Assembly (NCBI GenBank): GCA_016190205.1
Contig: JACPQZ010000038.1
Span: forward strand, 4,005-68,004
Length of the DNA: 64,000 bases
Source: Candidatus Omnitrophota bacterium
Lineage (GTDB): Bacteria; Omnitrophota; JACPQZ01
Direction of reading: 5' to 3'
Shown: in pieces, positions 27,006 through 37,299 of the stretch
Position numbering within the stretch: the stretch's first letter is position 1
Layout of the letters: the number at the start of each line of letters is the position of its first letter
Program-made: the position numbers and the translations under genes
Notes under the pieces: generated by a model
The model's input: only the letters and a program-made list of their open reading frames with translations
The model's database searches: none
What the model was told of the DNA's origin: nothing

Positions 27006-27991
27006 TGAAGCTTCGCCCGCTCTGCCTCTGCTATTTCCTTCGCCAGAGGGACATAACCATCCTTCACCACGACCTCCTGCCCCTCGATGCTCAAGACATA
27101 CTCCAGAAACTGTTCGACCAACGGATCCAGAGGCCGCCCCGGCGCCTTATTGACATATACATAAAGGTAACGGCTCAAAGGGTACGAGCCCGCGTACACA
27201 TGGTCCGGAGTGGCCTCGTACACGCTCACGCTCCCAGGCGCCTGTAGCGGGACGGCGCGTACCCCGGCAGTCCGGTAACCCAGGCCGCTGTAACCAATGC
27301 CCGCCCGGTCGTTCGTGATGCCCTCCACCACAGCGGCAGAACCCGGCTGTTCCTTGACCGAATTTTTAAAATCCCCTTTGCTCAAGGCATGCTCTTTGAA
27401 ATATCCATAAGTTCCCGAGGCAGAGTTCCGACCGTACAAACTGATCGGTAAAGACTCCCACTCGCCTGCAAGACCCTGTTCGCCCCATGTCGTAATGTCC
27501 CGGGGGGCCCCGCTCAAGCGCGTGCTCGAGAATATGGCATCCACTTCTTGAAGGGTAAGCCGTTCGATCGGGTTATCCTTGTTGACATAGACGGCCAGGG
27601 CATCCAGGGCCACGCCCACGGCCGTGGGCTTATAGCCAAACTTTTTCTCGAAGGCGTCTATCTCACTTGACTTCATCGGCCGCGACATGGGCCCGAGCTG
27701 GGCCACTCTGGAAATCAAGGCCGGAGGCGCCGTGGTGGAACCCTTTCCTTCGATCTGAATCCTGACGTTAGGATACTTCTTGCGGAAGCCCTCGGCCCAA
27801 AGGGTCATGAGGTTATTTAAAGTGTCCGACCCCACGCTCGAAAGATTTCCGGAAATTCCCCCCACCGTCTGATAGGGGGGTAGCCCAGGATCTACGGCCA
27901 AGACGCCCTCCCCTGTGCCCGCCCGCGCAAGATGCGCGCCGGCCGCTAGAGCCACGACCGCAGCCACCAGTCCGAATCGTTTCATCGTCAC
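27002..27991 (-). CDS. pstS: Phosphate-binding periplasmic protein PstS
   Basis: Signal peptide. PBP2 fold motifs (GSTTAPP...; SGTYGYF). First gene of the pstSCAB block. Confidence 0.8.
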   Translation of the reverse strand: MTMKRFGLVAAVVALAAGAHLARAGTGEGVLAVDPGLPPYQTVGGISGNLSSVGSDTLNNLMTLWAEGFRKKYPNVRIQIEGKGSTTAPPALISRVAQLGPMSRPMKSSEIDAFEKKFGYKPTAVGVALDALAVYVNKDNPIERLTLQEVDAIFSSTRLSGAPRDITTWGEQGLAGEWESLPISLYGRNSASGTYGYFKEHALSKGDFKNSVKEQPGSAAVVEGITNDRAGIGYSGLGYRTAGVRAVPLQAPGSVSVYEATPDHVYAGSYPLSRYLYVYVNKAPGRPLDPLVEQFLEYVLSIEGQEVVVKDGYVPLAKEIAEAERAKLH

Positions 27992-28002
27992 ACCGCGTGT
28001 GT

Positions 28003-29247
28003 TTAAAACTTGGTCACCCAGTCCATTTGAACGGTGTCAAAATGATTCTTGGACCCGGTGACCTCCTTCGTATCAAAATATTTCACTCCAAACGTTGAAT
28101 TTTCGAGGACCGCTAGTTTCACCCAAAATACGTTCCCCTTGTGGTTGGTTCCTCCACCGCCAAAGTCGGAGTCCACAAAACCGTCGAATGCCGCATCGGG
28201 TTCAAGGCGTTGAATGAAATAGCCCGCCTCCCAGCCTTCCACAAGATCCCAGGGCCTCTTGGCCTTTCCCAGCTTAAGGCCCACATGGTAGCCGTTTTCA
28301 TCCGACTCCACCGAGGCGTTGTGGACCCAGTCACCGAAGGCCGAGACAGGAAGGGCGCCCACCTTCGAGGAGATCTCGACCGAGGGGTTGAGTTCATTGA
28401 AATCATCCACGGCGGCACTGTTTCCGCTCGGGGTGTTGACGAGCGCATTCTTCGCAGAATTCTTATAGTCGTAGTAGGCAAAGGCCCCCTTAACCTTAAG
28501 CTGATTTAAGAACGGGGTGTCGGAGCTCTCGAAAGGCTTCAGGGCGAGCCCCGCCTGTCCCCCCCACAGGCTGGGGTTGTCCGTCCCAAATCCGTCGGAA
28601 TCGATCGGAAAGGCACCCGCGTTTAAAAAGGCTCTCACCGGTCCCAAATCCTTCTCAAGCTGGCCGGAAGCCCCCGCAAATCCCAGCTCTTCGTCCCACA
28701 CCAACGGGCTCGCAGTCCAGAAAGGATTCTCGAAAATCCCCCCTTTAAGCCTTAATGATTCCACGACCGCCACGCTCGGGGCGTATTCTACGTACGCCAA
28801 GTCCAGATTGAAGGTCTTCTTCGAGAAAGTATCGTCAAAAGTCTGATTGGTGGATACCGGGTCCGTGAGACTCCCGGTTGCCAAGCGCGCTTCGACTTTC
28901 AGTTCATCCGTGACCCTGCCTTCCATGCCGAGGCGGAGACGGATGCGCTGACGGTGGAAATCTGCATTCGCGGTGCGGTCGCGGTATTCGTCCCGCAGGC
29001 GAAGCTCACCCTTTAATCTCCAGTTCCGGCTCCACTCGGGGACGATGTCCTGGGCGATTTCCTGATCCCGTTCCTCTTTCGTTTCCTTTATTTCCTGGCG
29101 GATCAAACCCGCCTCCACACTGGAGAGCACCCCCTTGTCCACCAATTTGTCCAAGAGGATATCCATCTCGCTTAAGGCCTGGGCCTGCGCATGGCACAAG
29201 AAAACGCCTAAGCAAGACAAGACAAAACCACGCACCACTCGTGACAT
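28003..29247 (-). CDS. Outer-membrane porin, probably phosphate-selective (OprO/OprP-like), leading the pst operon
   Basis: Signal peptide, an N-terminal coiled region, beta-barrel character and a C-terminal ...DWVTKF. Located 11 bp upstream of pstS. Confidence 0.5.
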   Translation of the reverse strand: MSRVVRGFVLSCLGVFLCHAQAQALSEMDILLDKLVDKGVLSSVEAGLIRQEIKETKEERDQEIAQDIVPEWSRNWRLKGELRLRDEYRDRTANADFHRQRIRLRLGMEGRVTDELKVEARLATGSLTDPVSTNQTFDDTFSKKTFNLDLAYVEYAPSVAVVESLRLKGGIFENPFWTASPLVWDEELGFAGASGQLEKDLGPVRAFLNAGAFPIDSDGFGTDNPSLWGGQAGLALKPFESSDTPFLNQLKVKGAFAYYDYKNSAKNALVNTPSGNSAAVDDFNELNPSVEISSKVGALPVSAFGDWVHNASVESDENGYHVGLKLGKAKRPWDLVEGWEAGYFIQRLEPDAAFDGFVDSDFGGGGTNHKGNVFWVKLAVLENSTFGVKYFDTKEVTGSKNHFDTVQMDWVTKF

Positions 29248-29308
29248 AAGTTTCTCCTTTTCATGACACGACTACACTACAAGACGAGTGTTAGGAATAA
29301 ATAGAGGA

Positions 29309-29326
29309 GATGTAATACCTGTGTAA
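29309..29326 (-). promoter_or_regulatory. Candidate PhoB/PhoP box: direct repeats TTACAC-N5-TTACAT upstream of the porin-pst operon
   Basis: Minus strand reads CTTACACAGGTATTACATCTCC, 62-79 bp upstream of the porin start. Geometry resembles Bacillus-type PhoP boxes (TT(A/T/C)ACA direct repeats), not the E. coli CTGTCAT box. Confidence 0.3.
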
Positions 29327-29328
29327 GG

Positions 29329-31431
29329 TTATCGGTGAGGAGAGGCCGCAAGCTTAAGTTCCGTTTTAAACGTGAGGGTGACCCGGACGCCGCCTTCCTC
29401 GCGGTTTTGTACCTGGATCACTCCCCCGTGAAGCTCCACGAAGGTCTTGGAGATCGCAAGCCCGAGGCCCGTCCCTTGCTCAATCGGTTTGGTTGTGAAG
29501 AAGGGATCAAAGATTTTGGGAAGGTCCGCTTCGGAGATGCCTGGCCCCGTATCCTCAACGCTTACACTGACTACGGAGTCCCCTAAAACAAAGGGACGGG
29601 TTTTTCCGCCGCCAGGAAAGCTGTCCAAGTCTCGGATCCTATCGACCCGGGTCTCGATGCGCAGTATGCCGCTCACGGGCATGGCATCTATGGCATTCGA
29701 GATGAGGTTCACCAAAACCTGCATGATCTTCTGTCTGTCCAACATGAGCGGGGGAAGCCCGGGTGTAAGCCCCATGATCGGATTGATACACGAACCTCTC
29801 AATTTGTGTGTGACCTGAAGAAACGCCTCCTCAACCAGTGCATTTAAGTCCGTGGGCTCTGGCTCGATGCGAACCGGGGCTGAATACTTGAGCAGTCCCT
29901 TGATAATTCTGTCCGCACCCTCCACCGCATAGACCATATCGTCCAGCACACCTTTTAAGTCGTCCTCCGTCATACGGTCGAGGTCCTTCGTAATGCGTTC
30001 CACGCCCAGCCGCAACAGCGTGAGAGGTGTCTTGACCTCATGCACGATCGAGGCCGCCAGGCGGCCAATGGATTCGAGCTTCTCTGCCTGGATGAGCCGG
30101 GCATGCTTTTCTTTAAGCTCCGCCGTGCGCTGTTCCACCCTTCGCTCGAGCTCCTCATAAGCCCACCGCACGGCTTTCTCCCCCCTCTTACGCTCGCTGA
30201 TGTCAATGATGGCGGCCAGGATAAAGGCGCCCTCCGATGTCCGGATGGGATTTAAGCCGATCTCCACGGGAATCTCCGTGCCGTCCTTGTGGCGGGCGTA
30301 GAGATCGCGGCCTTGCCCCATGGGGCGTGCAGTTGGAGCGTGAAAGAACTCCTTGCGGTGCCTCTCGTGCGCGCCTTGAACACGGCTGGGGATAAGGAGT
30401 TCCACCGGCCGCCCGACGAGTTCACTCCGGGCGTATCCAAAGGTGGACTCGGCCTGGGCATTGGCAAGCACGATGCGCCCTTCGCCATCCACGACGAGCA
30501 TCGCGTACGGCGCCCCCTCCACCGTCAGGCGGAACTGTTCCTCCGCCTCCTGCCGCTCGAAGAAAATCGCCGCCACGAGGAGCCCTGAAACGGTAATAAA
30601 GCCCATAAAAATCTGCGTGAAGAGAAACGACTCCGGGGGGGACTGCGTCGAAAACGGCCCCAGGCCCGTGCCTGCTCCCTTGACCGCGAGATACGCCATC
30701 GCCATGATTGAGAGCATCACCCCGCTCGATCCGAAGCGAACCCCTGCCCAGATAATGAAGGGAAGCACCGCCCAAGCGAGGGGATATTTGTTGACGGCAA
30801 AGGCAGAGTGGCTGCCGAAGATGAACTCGCTCACCGCAACCCAGGCGCACACGAAAGCGATCGCTTCACCCCAACGCCTGGGAGTCCAGTCGAGCCTGGA
30901 AAACTGTCCCCAGGTGATGATCAGCGGGGTTACGATGCAAACACCGATGAGATCCCCCAGCCACCACGTGAGCCACGTTTGGGCGAACGCCGCCGAACCC
31001 ACAAATCTGCCGAGCCACAGACCTGCGACGCCGCATGTAGACGCGATGAGGCACGCCACTATTCCAATTCCCAGAAACATGACCATGTCACGGGAGCGGT
31101 TGAACGGGTTCTGTGTCCCGACCCAGTTCCGGATAAGAAACGCCCCTGCCAGGGCCTGGAGAGTTGACCCCGTGGCGATCGCGCATGAGACCAAAAGTCC
31201 CGCCATACCCGCCGTCGGCATGTGGATAAAAAATATGAGGTTGGCCAGGAAGGAACCCATCCAAATACCGGGCCAAATGCGGGGGCCGCGAAGCAAGGTG
31301 CCTGCAAGCGCTAACCCCGAGGGCGGCCACAGGATGGTGACGTTACCCGGCGGGATAGCAAAAAGAAAGCCGAATAACGCGGTCGTCAGGTATGCGACGG
31401 CCATGATGCCGATCTCTAAAAGTTTTTTCAT
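29329..31431 (-). CDS. Sensor histidine kinase with N-terminal MASE1-like 7TM domain, PAS domain, HisKA and HATPase_c
   Basis: NVTILWPPSGLALAG (MASE1 signature). PAS region. H-box IVHEVKTPLT. C-terminal G1/G2 boxes. Confidence 0.75.
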   Translation of the reverse strand: MKKLLEIGIMAVAYLTTALFGFLFAIPPGNVTILWPPSGLALAGTLLRGPRIWPGIWMGSFLANLIFFIHMPTAGMAGLLVSCAIATGSTLQALAGAFLIRNWVGTQNPFNRSRDMVMFLGIGIVACLIASTCGVAGLWLGRFVGSAAFAQTWLTWWLGDLIGVCIVTPLIITWGQFSRLDWTPRRWGEAIAFVCAWVAVSEFIFGSHSAFAVNKYPLAWAVLPFIIWAGVRFGSSGVMLSIMAMAYLAVKGAGTGLGPFSTQSPPESFLFTQIFMGFITVSGLLVAAIFFERQEAEEQFRLTVEGAPYAMLVVDGEGRIVLANAQAESTFGYARSELVGRPVELLIPSRVQGAHERHRKEFFHAPTARPMGQGRDLYARHKDGTEIPVEIGLNPIRTSEGAFILAAIIDISERKRGEKAVRWAYEELERRVEQRTAELKEKHARLIQAEKLESIGRLAASIVHEVKTPLTLLRLGVERITKDLDRMTEDDLKGVLDDMVYAVEGADRIIKGLLKYSAPVRIEPEPTDLNALVEEAFLQVTHKLRGSCINPIMGLTPGLPPLMLDRQKIMQVLVNLISNAIDAMPVSGILRIETRVDRIRDLDSFPGGGKTRPFVLGDSVVSVSVEDTGPGISEADLPKIFDPFFTTKPIEQGTGLGLAISKTFVELHGGVIQVQNREEGGVRVTLTFKTELKLAASPHR

Positions 31432-32792
31432 AGCGGGAGTGTAAACATAAATGCGGAGCCTTGATCGGGCCTGCTGGTAACCCAGACCCGGCCCTGGTGC
31501 GCCTCTACAATATGCTTGACGATGGCAAGTCCTAAGCCGGTGCCGCCCAGACTGCGGGAGCGGGCCTCGTCAACGCGGTAAAAACGCTCGAAGATCCTGG
31601 GAAGATCTTTCTCCGGAATCCCGATGCCGGTATCTTCAACGGCAATCTCCACATGATGGTCCCGGCTGCGCGCCGATATGGACACGGACCCGCCGTCGCG
31701 GTTGTAACTTACTGCATTACCGATCAAGTTCATAAAGACCTGGCGGATCCTCTCGGGATCCGCCTGAATGCGCGGCGCGTTTTCAAAATCCGTCTTCACA
31801 GTCAGACGTCTCTTTTCAATGGGCTGTTTGAGCAGTGAGAGGACCTCGTCCACAATGGGCTTAAGCTCTATCGCCTTAACCCGGGGAGGTGATTCCTTGA
31901 GTTCCAACTGGGCCAGCTGCAGGAGATCATCCACGAGGCGGGTAAGCCTTGCCGCTTCCTGGTCAATGAGCTCCACGAACCTCCTGTTATTCGCCGGATC
32001 ATTGATAGCACCGTCTTTCAACGTTTCCGCGAGACTCCTGATGCCGGTTAACGGGCTCTTGAGCTCGTGCGAAACATTGGCAACAAAGGCCTTTCTCAAA
32101 CGTTCATACCTGTAAACTTCTGTGAGGTCCTCAAACACCATGACGACCGAAGGACGCGCACTACCCAGGGCCCGTCCCAAAACCGCCGTCGCACGAAGCG
32201 TCCTCTCCGTAGGCTGGTAGATGGTAAACTCTCGGTTTGCCGTGAGCCCCTGGGCGCGAACTTCCTCAACCAGTTCATTTACCTCGCGCAATCTTACCAC
32301 CTCGAGAAGCGGCTTACCCGGCGCTTGGGCCAAATCCGTGCCGAAAAGAGACGCCGCAGAGGGGTTCAAGATGGCGATGCGGTCCTCCGCATCCAGTGCC
32401 AGGACACCCTCTGCCATACTCTCCAAAACCGCCTGGGCCTGATTCTTTTCGGTGGAGAGAGTATGCATCTCATTCTTAAGCAGACGCGCCACGGCATGCA
32501 AGGCTCGCCCTAACTCATTGATCTCTGGGATATTTGATCTCGGTGCCGGACCACCCCACCCTCCCTGCGCTATGGATCTTGCCTGATCCGTAAACCCTGT
32601 AAGCGGACGCACAACCTTGCGGGAAAACACGAGACGTAAAAGCAGGGCGAGCACAAGGCTCGCACCCAGGCCTGCTGAAAGGGCACGTGCAATATCGTCC
32701 CCCACCGGCATGACCGCCCCCGTGAACGCAAGCGCTGCGATCACACAAGCCATGATGCTAAGGAGAAAAATTTGGTGGAGGGAAATTTTCAT
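31428..32792 (-). CDS. phoR: Phosphate regulon sensor kinase PhoR-like (TM, PAS, HisKA, HATPase_c)
   Basis: H-box VSHELKSPLTGIRSLAETL and ATPase boxes. Adjacent to phoB. Confidence 0.7.
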   Translation of the reverse strand: MKISLHQIFLLSIMACVIAALAFTGAVMPVGDDIARALSAGLGASLVLALLLRLVFSRKVVRPLTGFTDQARSIAQGGWGGPAPRSNIPEINELGRALHAVARLLKNEMHTLSTEKNQAQAVLESMAEGVLALDAEDRIAILNPSAASLFGTDLAQAPGKPLLEVVRLREVNELVEEVRAQGLTANREFTIYQPTERTLRATAVLGRALGSARPSVVMVFEDLTEVYRYERLRKAFVANVSHELKSPLTGIRSLAETLKDGAINDPANNRRFVELIDQEAARLTRLVDDLLQLAQLELKESPPRVKAIELKPIVDEVLSLLKQPIEKRRLTVKTDFENAPRIQADPERIRQVFMNLIGNAVSYNRDGGSVSISARSRDHHVEIAVEDTGIGIPEKDLPRIFERFYRVDEARSRSLGGTGLGLAIVKHIVEAHQGRVWVTSRPDQGSAFMFTLPL

Positions 32793-32810
32793 GAATGTAT
32801 TTTTTAAGAG

Positions 32811-33497
32811 TTACCTATCGATCAGAAACCGGTACCCCACATTTTTGATAGTGAGAATGCGCTTTCCGGCAGCCCCAAGCTTTCGGCGGAGCTGGCTTAC
32901 ATGAAGATCCACCGTCCTAGACTCTATGTCCAGCGAGCGCTCATAGCCCCAGACCCGGCTTAAGAGGACGTCCCGGGAAAGGACCTTTCCCCCGGCCTGG
33001 GCCAGGGCTTTGAGGAGCTCGAATTCCTTGGACGTGAGCTCTATCCCTTTTCCCTTGACCGTCACGAGGTGTCTGGCCCAGTCCGCCTTGAGCTCACCCA
33101 GGGAGAAAATCTCCTCATCACCTTGATCCCGGTAGCGGCGCAGAACCGCCTTGATGCGCGCAACGAGCTCCCGGGGGCTGAAGGGCTTGGTCATATAGTC
33201 ATCCGCCCCGAGCTCAAGGCCCACTACCTTATCCGTCTCGTCGGATTTTACAGTGAGCATAATGACCGGTATATGCGCAGTTCTTGTGTCCCGCTTGATT
33301 GAGCGGCAGACCTCAAGGCCATCCATCTTGGGGAGCATGAGATCCAGGACCACGAGATCCGGAAGCTCCCTTTGGCACATCCCAAGGCCATCGTCTCCAT
33401 CGGCGGCGGTGAGCACGTTAAAACCGGCCGTCTTTAGCCCGTAGGTTACGGCCTCCCGAATACTCGTCTCATCATCCACAACAAGGATCTTTTCCAT
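32811..33497 (-). CDS. phoB: OmpR/PhoB-family response regulator
   Basis: Receiver domain (VVDDETSIRE...D...LDLMLP) plus a winged-helix C-terminus. Upstream of phoR in the pst locus. Confidence 0.85.
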   Translation of the reverse strand: MEKILVVDDETSIREAVTYGLKTAGFNVLTAADGDDGLGMCQRELPDLVVLDLMLPKMDGLEVCRSIKRDTRTAHIPVIMLTVKSDETDKVVGLELGADDYMTKPFSPRELVARIKAVLRRYRDQGDEEIFSLGELKADWARHLVTVKGKGIELTSKEFELLKALAQAGGKVLSRDVLLSRVWGYERSLDIESRTVDLHVSQLRRKLGAAGKRILTIKNVGYRFLIDR

Positions 33498-33550
33498 ACA
33501 GCTAGAATTTTACCACGCGAGGTAAGCGCATTTATATAGAAGCAACTGGG

Positions 33551-33565
33551 TGTGCCAATTGTGCA
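33551..33565. promoter_or_regulatory. Shared motif TGTGCCAATTGTGCA (copy 1), in the phoB / metalloprotease divergent promoter region
   Basis: Same 12-15 nt motif as at 43681. Chance expectation for an exact 12-mer repeat in 64 kb is below 0.01. Confidence 0.3.
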
Positions 33566-33654
33566 ATTTACAAATTTTATAACTAAATATTAGGAAACAG
33601 GATGCGGAACCTCATGGTATATTTGTCAGGTATTTACTTTTACTATACAAAACT

Positions 33655-35604
33655 ATGCATAGCCAAGGAGACCGCCCCATGCACTTCGCTCACCGAAGCT
33701 CCTTCTTACTAGGCCTGTTCGTTTTCATAGCGTTCCTGTCCACAATTTTTGCTCCAGCCACCTTCGCTGACCCTCCCTCTGCAAAACTCATCCGGAAGGC
33801 CGCTCCTTTTCAACGCACGGCCCCCGAACTGGGCGAGGTCCGCTCCCGTGCCGTGGAGCTTAACCTGGACGCCCTTCCTGGGGACATCCCGGAGTCGCAC
33901 CCAGTGCATGGATACATTCGAAAGGTCGAAATCACACTCTTTGAAGATGTCGTGCTCACCCTTTTACTATACCCTTCGGAGAGAAAGGGCCCCGACCATA
34001 TCGCGTGGCAGGGTTATGTGGAGTCAGATCCCACCAGCACCGTCTTCATTGTGAGAAACAAGGCAAGCGTCACGGGAATCATTTCCACGGTGGGCACGAG
34101 CTACGAAATCCGGTTTTTGGGTAACGGCCTCCACAGAATTCTGGAGGTGAACTACTCGGCCCTTCCGCCCGAAGCTAAGCCGCACACCCACGACGAGGGC
34201 GACGCGTCCGGGGGCGAAGCTCCTACGGGCGAAACCGCAAGCGCTGATTCCGGCGGGGTGACCGATCTCCTGGTGGTCTATACGCCGGCGGCGCGGGCGA
34301 CATTGGGCGGGACGGACGCCATGAATTCTCGCATTTCGCTCTTCGTGACGCAGACCAACACGGCCCTCGCCAACAGTCAGGTCACGACCCGCATGAATCT
34401 CGTGCACACCGCGGAGGTGAGTTACGTCGAGAGCGGAAGCTTTTCAACAGACCTCTCCCGGTTGCGCGGTTCCACGGACGGTTACATGGATACTGTGCAC
34501 GAGATGCGCAACCTTTACGGAGCGGATCTCGTGTCCCTCATCTTAAACAGCGGGGATTACTGCGGCACGGGATACCTTCCCAAAAGCCTTTCGACCGGCA
34601 ATAGCTCCCTGGGCTTCAGCGTGGTGCTGCGCAACTGCACCGATTACACCTTCGCACACGAGCTGGGCCACAACATGGGCTCGCATCATGATCGCGCAAA
34701 TGCGGGCGGCACCCCCCTCTTTCCTTACGCCTACGGCTGGCGATTTTACGGAAATAGCGGCACCCTGTTCCGCACGGTCATGGCCTACAGCCCCGGGAGG
34801 CGCATCCCGTATTTTTCTAACCCCAACCTCCTCTACGACGGAACGCCCACGGGCGTCCCTGATTCCGAGGACAATGCCCGGAGCCTGAATCAATTCGTTC
34901 CCTACTTCTCCAACTACCGCACGAGCACCACCCCGGTGCTTGAACCGGTCCTCTCCTTTTCGCCGGTCGATTTACAGTTCGGAAATCTGGCTATCGGAGG
35001 AAGCAAGCGCCTTATCCTCACCCTGTCCAATAAAGGAGGTGCTGACTTAACCGTCACGAACATCCAGCTTGCGCACACGGAGTTCGCTCTGGCGAACCCT
35101 GAAAACTGCATCAAGACCCTGGCGCCCTTTGAGTCTTGTTCTCTCTCCGTCGACTACCTGCCGTTTGACTCGGGTTCAGACACCGGCGTCATCACCTTCA
35201 CCTCGAACGACCCCACGGGCCCGCACGGATATTACCTCTTCGGGACGGGTGTTGCTGCGGAACCGGATATCATGCTGAGCGCGACTGGAATAAGTTTCGG
35301 AAACGTGAAGGCGGGTTCCTCACAAACGAGGAGCCTCTCCATTTCAAATACCGGCAGCGTGGACCTCCTCTTAAACCGTCTGGAGATCGTAAATAACGCC
35401 ACAGGCGCCTTTCAAATCGCCTCGGATGGCTGCTCGTCCCGCGTGATCGCCCCGGCAGGCTCGTGCACAGTCTCCATCCGCTTTTCGCCACTCGCCAGCA
35501 CGAGCTACTCGGCGGACCTTGTGATCGAATCCAACGATCCTGATGAGAGTTCGCTTGCGGTCCCGTTGTCCGGGCAAGTGAGAGGGGCCCGTGGAAAGAA
35601 GTAG
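33655..35604 (+). CDS. Secreted metzincin-like zinc metalloprotease with C-terminal repeated beta-sandwich (choice-of-anchor-D-like) domains
   Basis: Signal peptide. HELGHNMGSHHD (HExxHxxGxxH). Two C-terminal repeats of about 100 aa (LTLSNKGGADLTVTNIQL... / LSISNTGSVDLLLNRLEI...). Confidence 0.6.
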   Translation: MHSQGDRPMHFAHRSSFLLGLFVFIAFLSTIFAPATFADPPSAKLIRKAAPFQRTAPELGEVRSRAVELNLDALPGDIPESHPVHGYIRKVEITLFEDVVLTLLLYPSERKGPDHIAWQGYVESDPTSTVFIVRNKASVTGIISTVGTSYEIRFLGNGLHRILEVNYSALPPEAKPHTHDEGDASGGEAPTGETASADSGGVTDLLVVYTPAARATLGGTDAMNSRISLFVTQTNTALANSQVTTRMNLVHTAEVSYVESGSFSTDLSRLRGSTDGYMDTVHEMRNLYGADLVSLILNSGDYCGTGYLPKSLSTGNSSLGFSVVLRNCTDYTFAHELGHNMGSHHDRANAGGTPLFPYAYGWRFYGNSGTLFRTVMAYSPGRRIPYFSNPNLLYDGTPTGVPDSEDNARSLNQFVPYFSNYRTSTTPVLEPVLSFSPVDLQFGNLAIGGSKRLILTLSNKGGADLTVTNIQLAHTEFALANPENCIKTLAPFESCSLSVDYLPFDSGSDTGVITFTSNDPTGPHGYYLFGTGVAAEPDIMLSATGISFGNVKAGSSQTRSLSISNTGSVDLLLNRLEIVNNATGAFQIASDGCSSRVIAPAGSCTVSIRFSPLASTSYSADLVIESNDPDESSLAVPLSGQVRGARGKK

Positions 35605-35606
35605 TG

Positions 35607-36917
35607 TCAGGTCTTGAAAATAAGCGTCGCCCGAACCCCGCCGCCTCTTCTGTTGGAGATATTTAATTCGCCTCCGTGCATGTCCATAATATTTTTGGCG
35701 ATGGAAAGCCCAAGCCCCGTTCCCTGGCCGGTCTTCTTGGTGGTGAAGAAGGGGTCGAAGATCTTGCTTAAGTGCTCCTCCGGGATCCCGGGCCCGGTAT
35801 CGTCGATTTCCAAAACGGCCAGGGTTTCGCCGGCCTTAAAGCGATCGCCCTCCCTCCTGCCTTTCCCCGCACCCGCGTTTCCAATCTTCTGGGTGTAGGC
35901 CCGGACGGTGAGCGTTCCTCCCACACCCATGGCGTGCGACGCGTTTAAAATAAGGTTAACCAGAACGTGCTGAACACGATTTCGATCCATGAGGGCCAGC
36001 AGGGGCTCTTTCGCAATATTCCTGACCACCTTGACGCGCAGCCGCTCGAGCTCGTGTCTCACAAGAGAAATAGAAGCCTCGAGCACCGCATGAAGATCAT
36101 CCTGCTTTAAGCTCACGGCGCTTAAAGACGAGAAATCGAGTATTCCCCTGATCACGGTATCAGCCTTGCGAACCGCATCCGAGATGTCTTCTATCACCTG
36201 TCTTGCATCCGGGTCGCCCTCGCCGATTCTTTTGGCAAGGAAATCCGCCCCCATCCGGATAACGCTTAGGGGGTTCTTCACCTCGTGCGCCACGCCTGCG
36301 GCGAGGCGCCCGACCGACTGGAGCTTTTCGGCCTGAACGAGCATCGCCATGGTTTCCTGTAGCTTTTTCTCGCGCGTCTCAATCTCTTTATGGCGCAGCT
36401 CCAGGTCCTCCATGACATTGAGCGCGGCCAGTTGAGCGCGTTCGAGCTCCGCCAACCGCTTCTGCTCGCTTAGGGCAGCGCTTTGAGCAAGCTCCCTCTC
36501 CCTTTCAAGAGAGCGCGCGCGTTCGGTCACATCCTGTACCAAAAGAATGGCGGCCTCTTCGCGTTCGCTCAAGTGAAACCGGGACCCTTCGATCTCGAGC
36601 GACAAGACCTCATCCCCTCTCTTGAGCTGGTATGCCTCCCGCTCCATCACGCCCGTTGTCATGATGAGGCGCAAGGGATGCGCCTCCGGCGGAACCAAAC
36701 GACCGTCCCGGCTCAGTGGCAAGAACCCTTCCAGGCCGATCCCCAGGATCTCAATATGGGCGCGGCCGGTGATCCTGTCAAACCCCCTGTTGCACCACTG
36801 GACCCTGCCTTTGGAGTCCGTCCAGACGACACCCGTATCAATGGACCCTAAGGCCACCTCGAGCTTGCCTAAAATGGACCGGAGCTCCGCGATGAGAGCC
36901 GCTAAGTCTGCTACCAC
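35607..36917 (-). CDS. PAS-domain sensor histidine kinase
   Basis: PAS region, coiled coil, H-box VAHEVKNPLSVI and HATPase_c (DDTGPGIPEE...GTGLGLS). Confidence 0.75.
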   Translation of the reverse strand: MVADLAALIAELRSILGKLEVALGSIDTGVVWTDSKGRVQWCNRGFDRITGRAHIEILGIGLEGFLPLSRDGRLVPPEAHPLRLIMTTGVMEREAYQLKRGDEVLSLEIEGSRFHLSEREEAAILLVQDVTERARSLERERELAQSAALSEQKRLAELERAQLAALNVMEDLELRHKEIETREKKLQETMAMLVQAEKLQSVGRLAAGVAHEVKNPLSVIRMGADFLAKRIGEGDPDARQVIEDISDAVRKADTVIRGILDFSSLSAVSLKQDDLHAVLEASISLVRHELERLRVKVVRNIAKEPLLALMDRNRVQHVLVNLILNASHAMGVGGTLTVRAYTQKIGNAGAGKGRREGDRFKAGETLAVLEIDDTGPGIPEEHLSKIFDPFFTTKKTGQGTGLGLSIAKNIMDMHGGELNISNRRGGGVRATLIFKT

Positions 36918-36951
36918 AGGGGCTTGATCGCCTTATGCTTCACTGAAGGCC

Positions 36952-37299
36952 TCACTCCAAAGGAGTAAGGGTCGCCCCAAAAACCCACTTGCCATCCTGT
37001 TTTTCCGCAATGATCAGGTGCTCGCAGTCAGTTTCCTTCCCTGCCTTGGTTACCGCTTTAAGTTTGAGCGGCTTATTGAGCAGGGTACCCTGCTCCGTGA
37101 GAAGAAAGCGGGAGAATCCCAGGTGGTGGGCATCATGCAGGTTTTTGGGAATGAGAACGGTGAGCGGTCTTCCCATTATTTCCTTCGATTTCCAACCGAA
37201 AAAGGATTCGAACGAAGCATTCACCCAGCTGATGAGTCCGTCCCGGTCCGAGATGACGGCCGGAACTGCGGTTACTTTCTTGAGTTCCTCAAGGGTCAT
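36952..37299 (-). CDS. Single PAS-domain protein
   Basis: 115 aa with a PAS-like fold (ISDRDGLISWVNASFESFFGWKSKEIMGRPL). Confidence 0.45.
   Translation of the reverse strand: MTLEELKKVTAVPAVISDRDGLISWVNASFESFFGWKSKEIMGRPLTVLIPKNLHDAHHLGFSRFLLTEQGTLLNKPLKLKAVTKAGKETDCEHLIIAEKQDGKWVFGATLTPLE

Noticed and set aside
33610-33650. E. coli-type Pho box (CTGTCAT-N4-CTGTCAT) upstream of phoB or the metalloprotease
   Set aside because: Only a weak TTGTCAG-N4-TTACTTT resemblance; not convincing.
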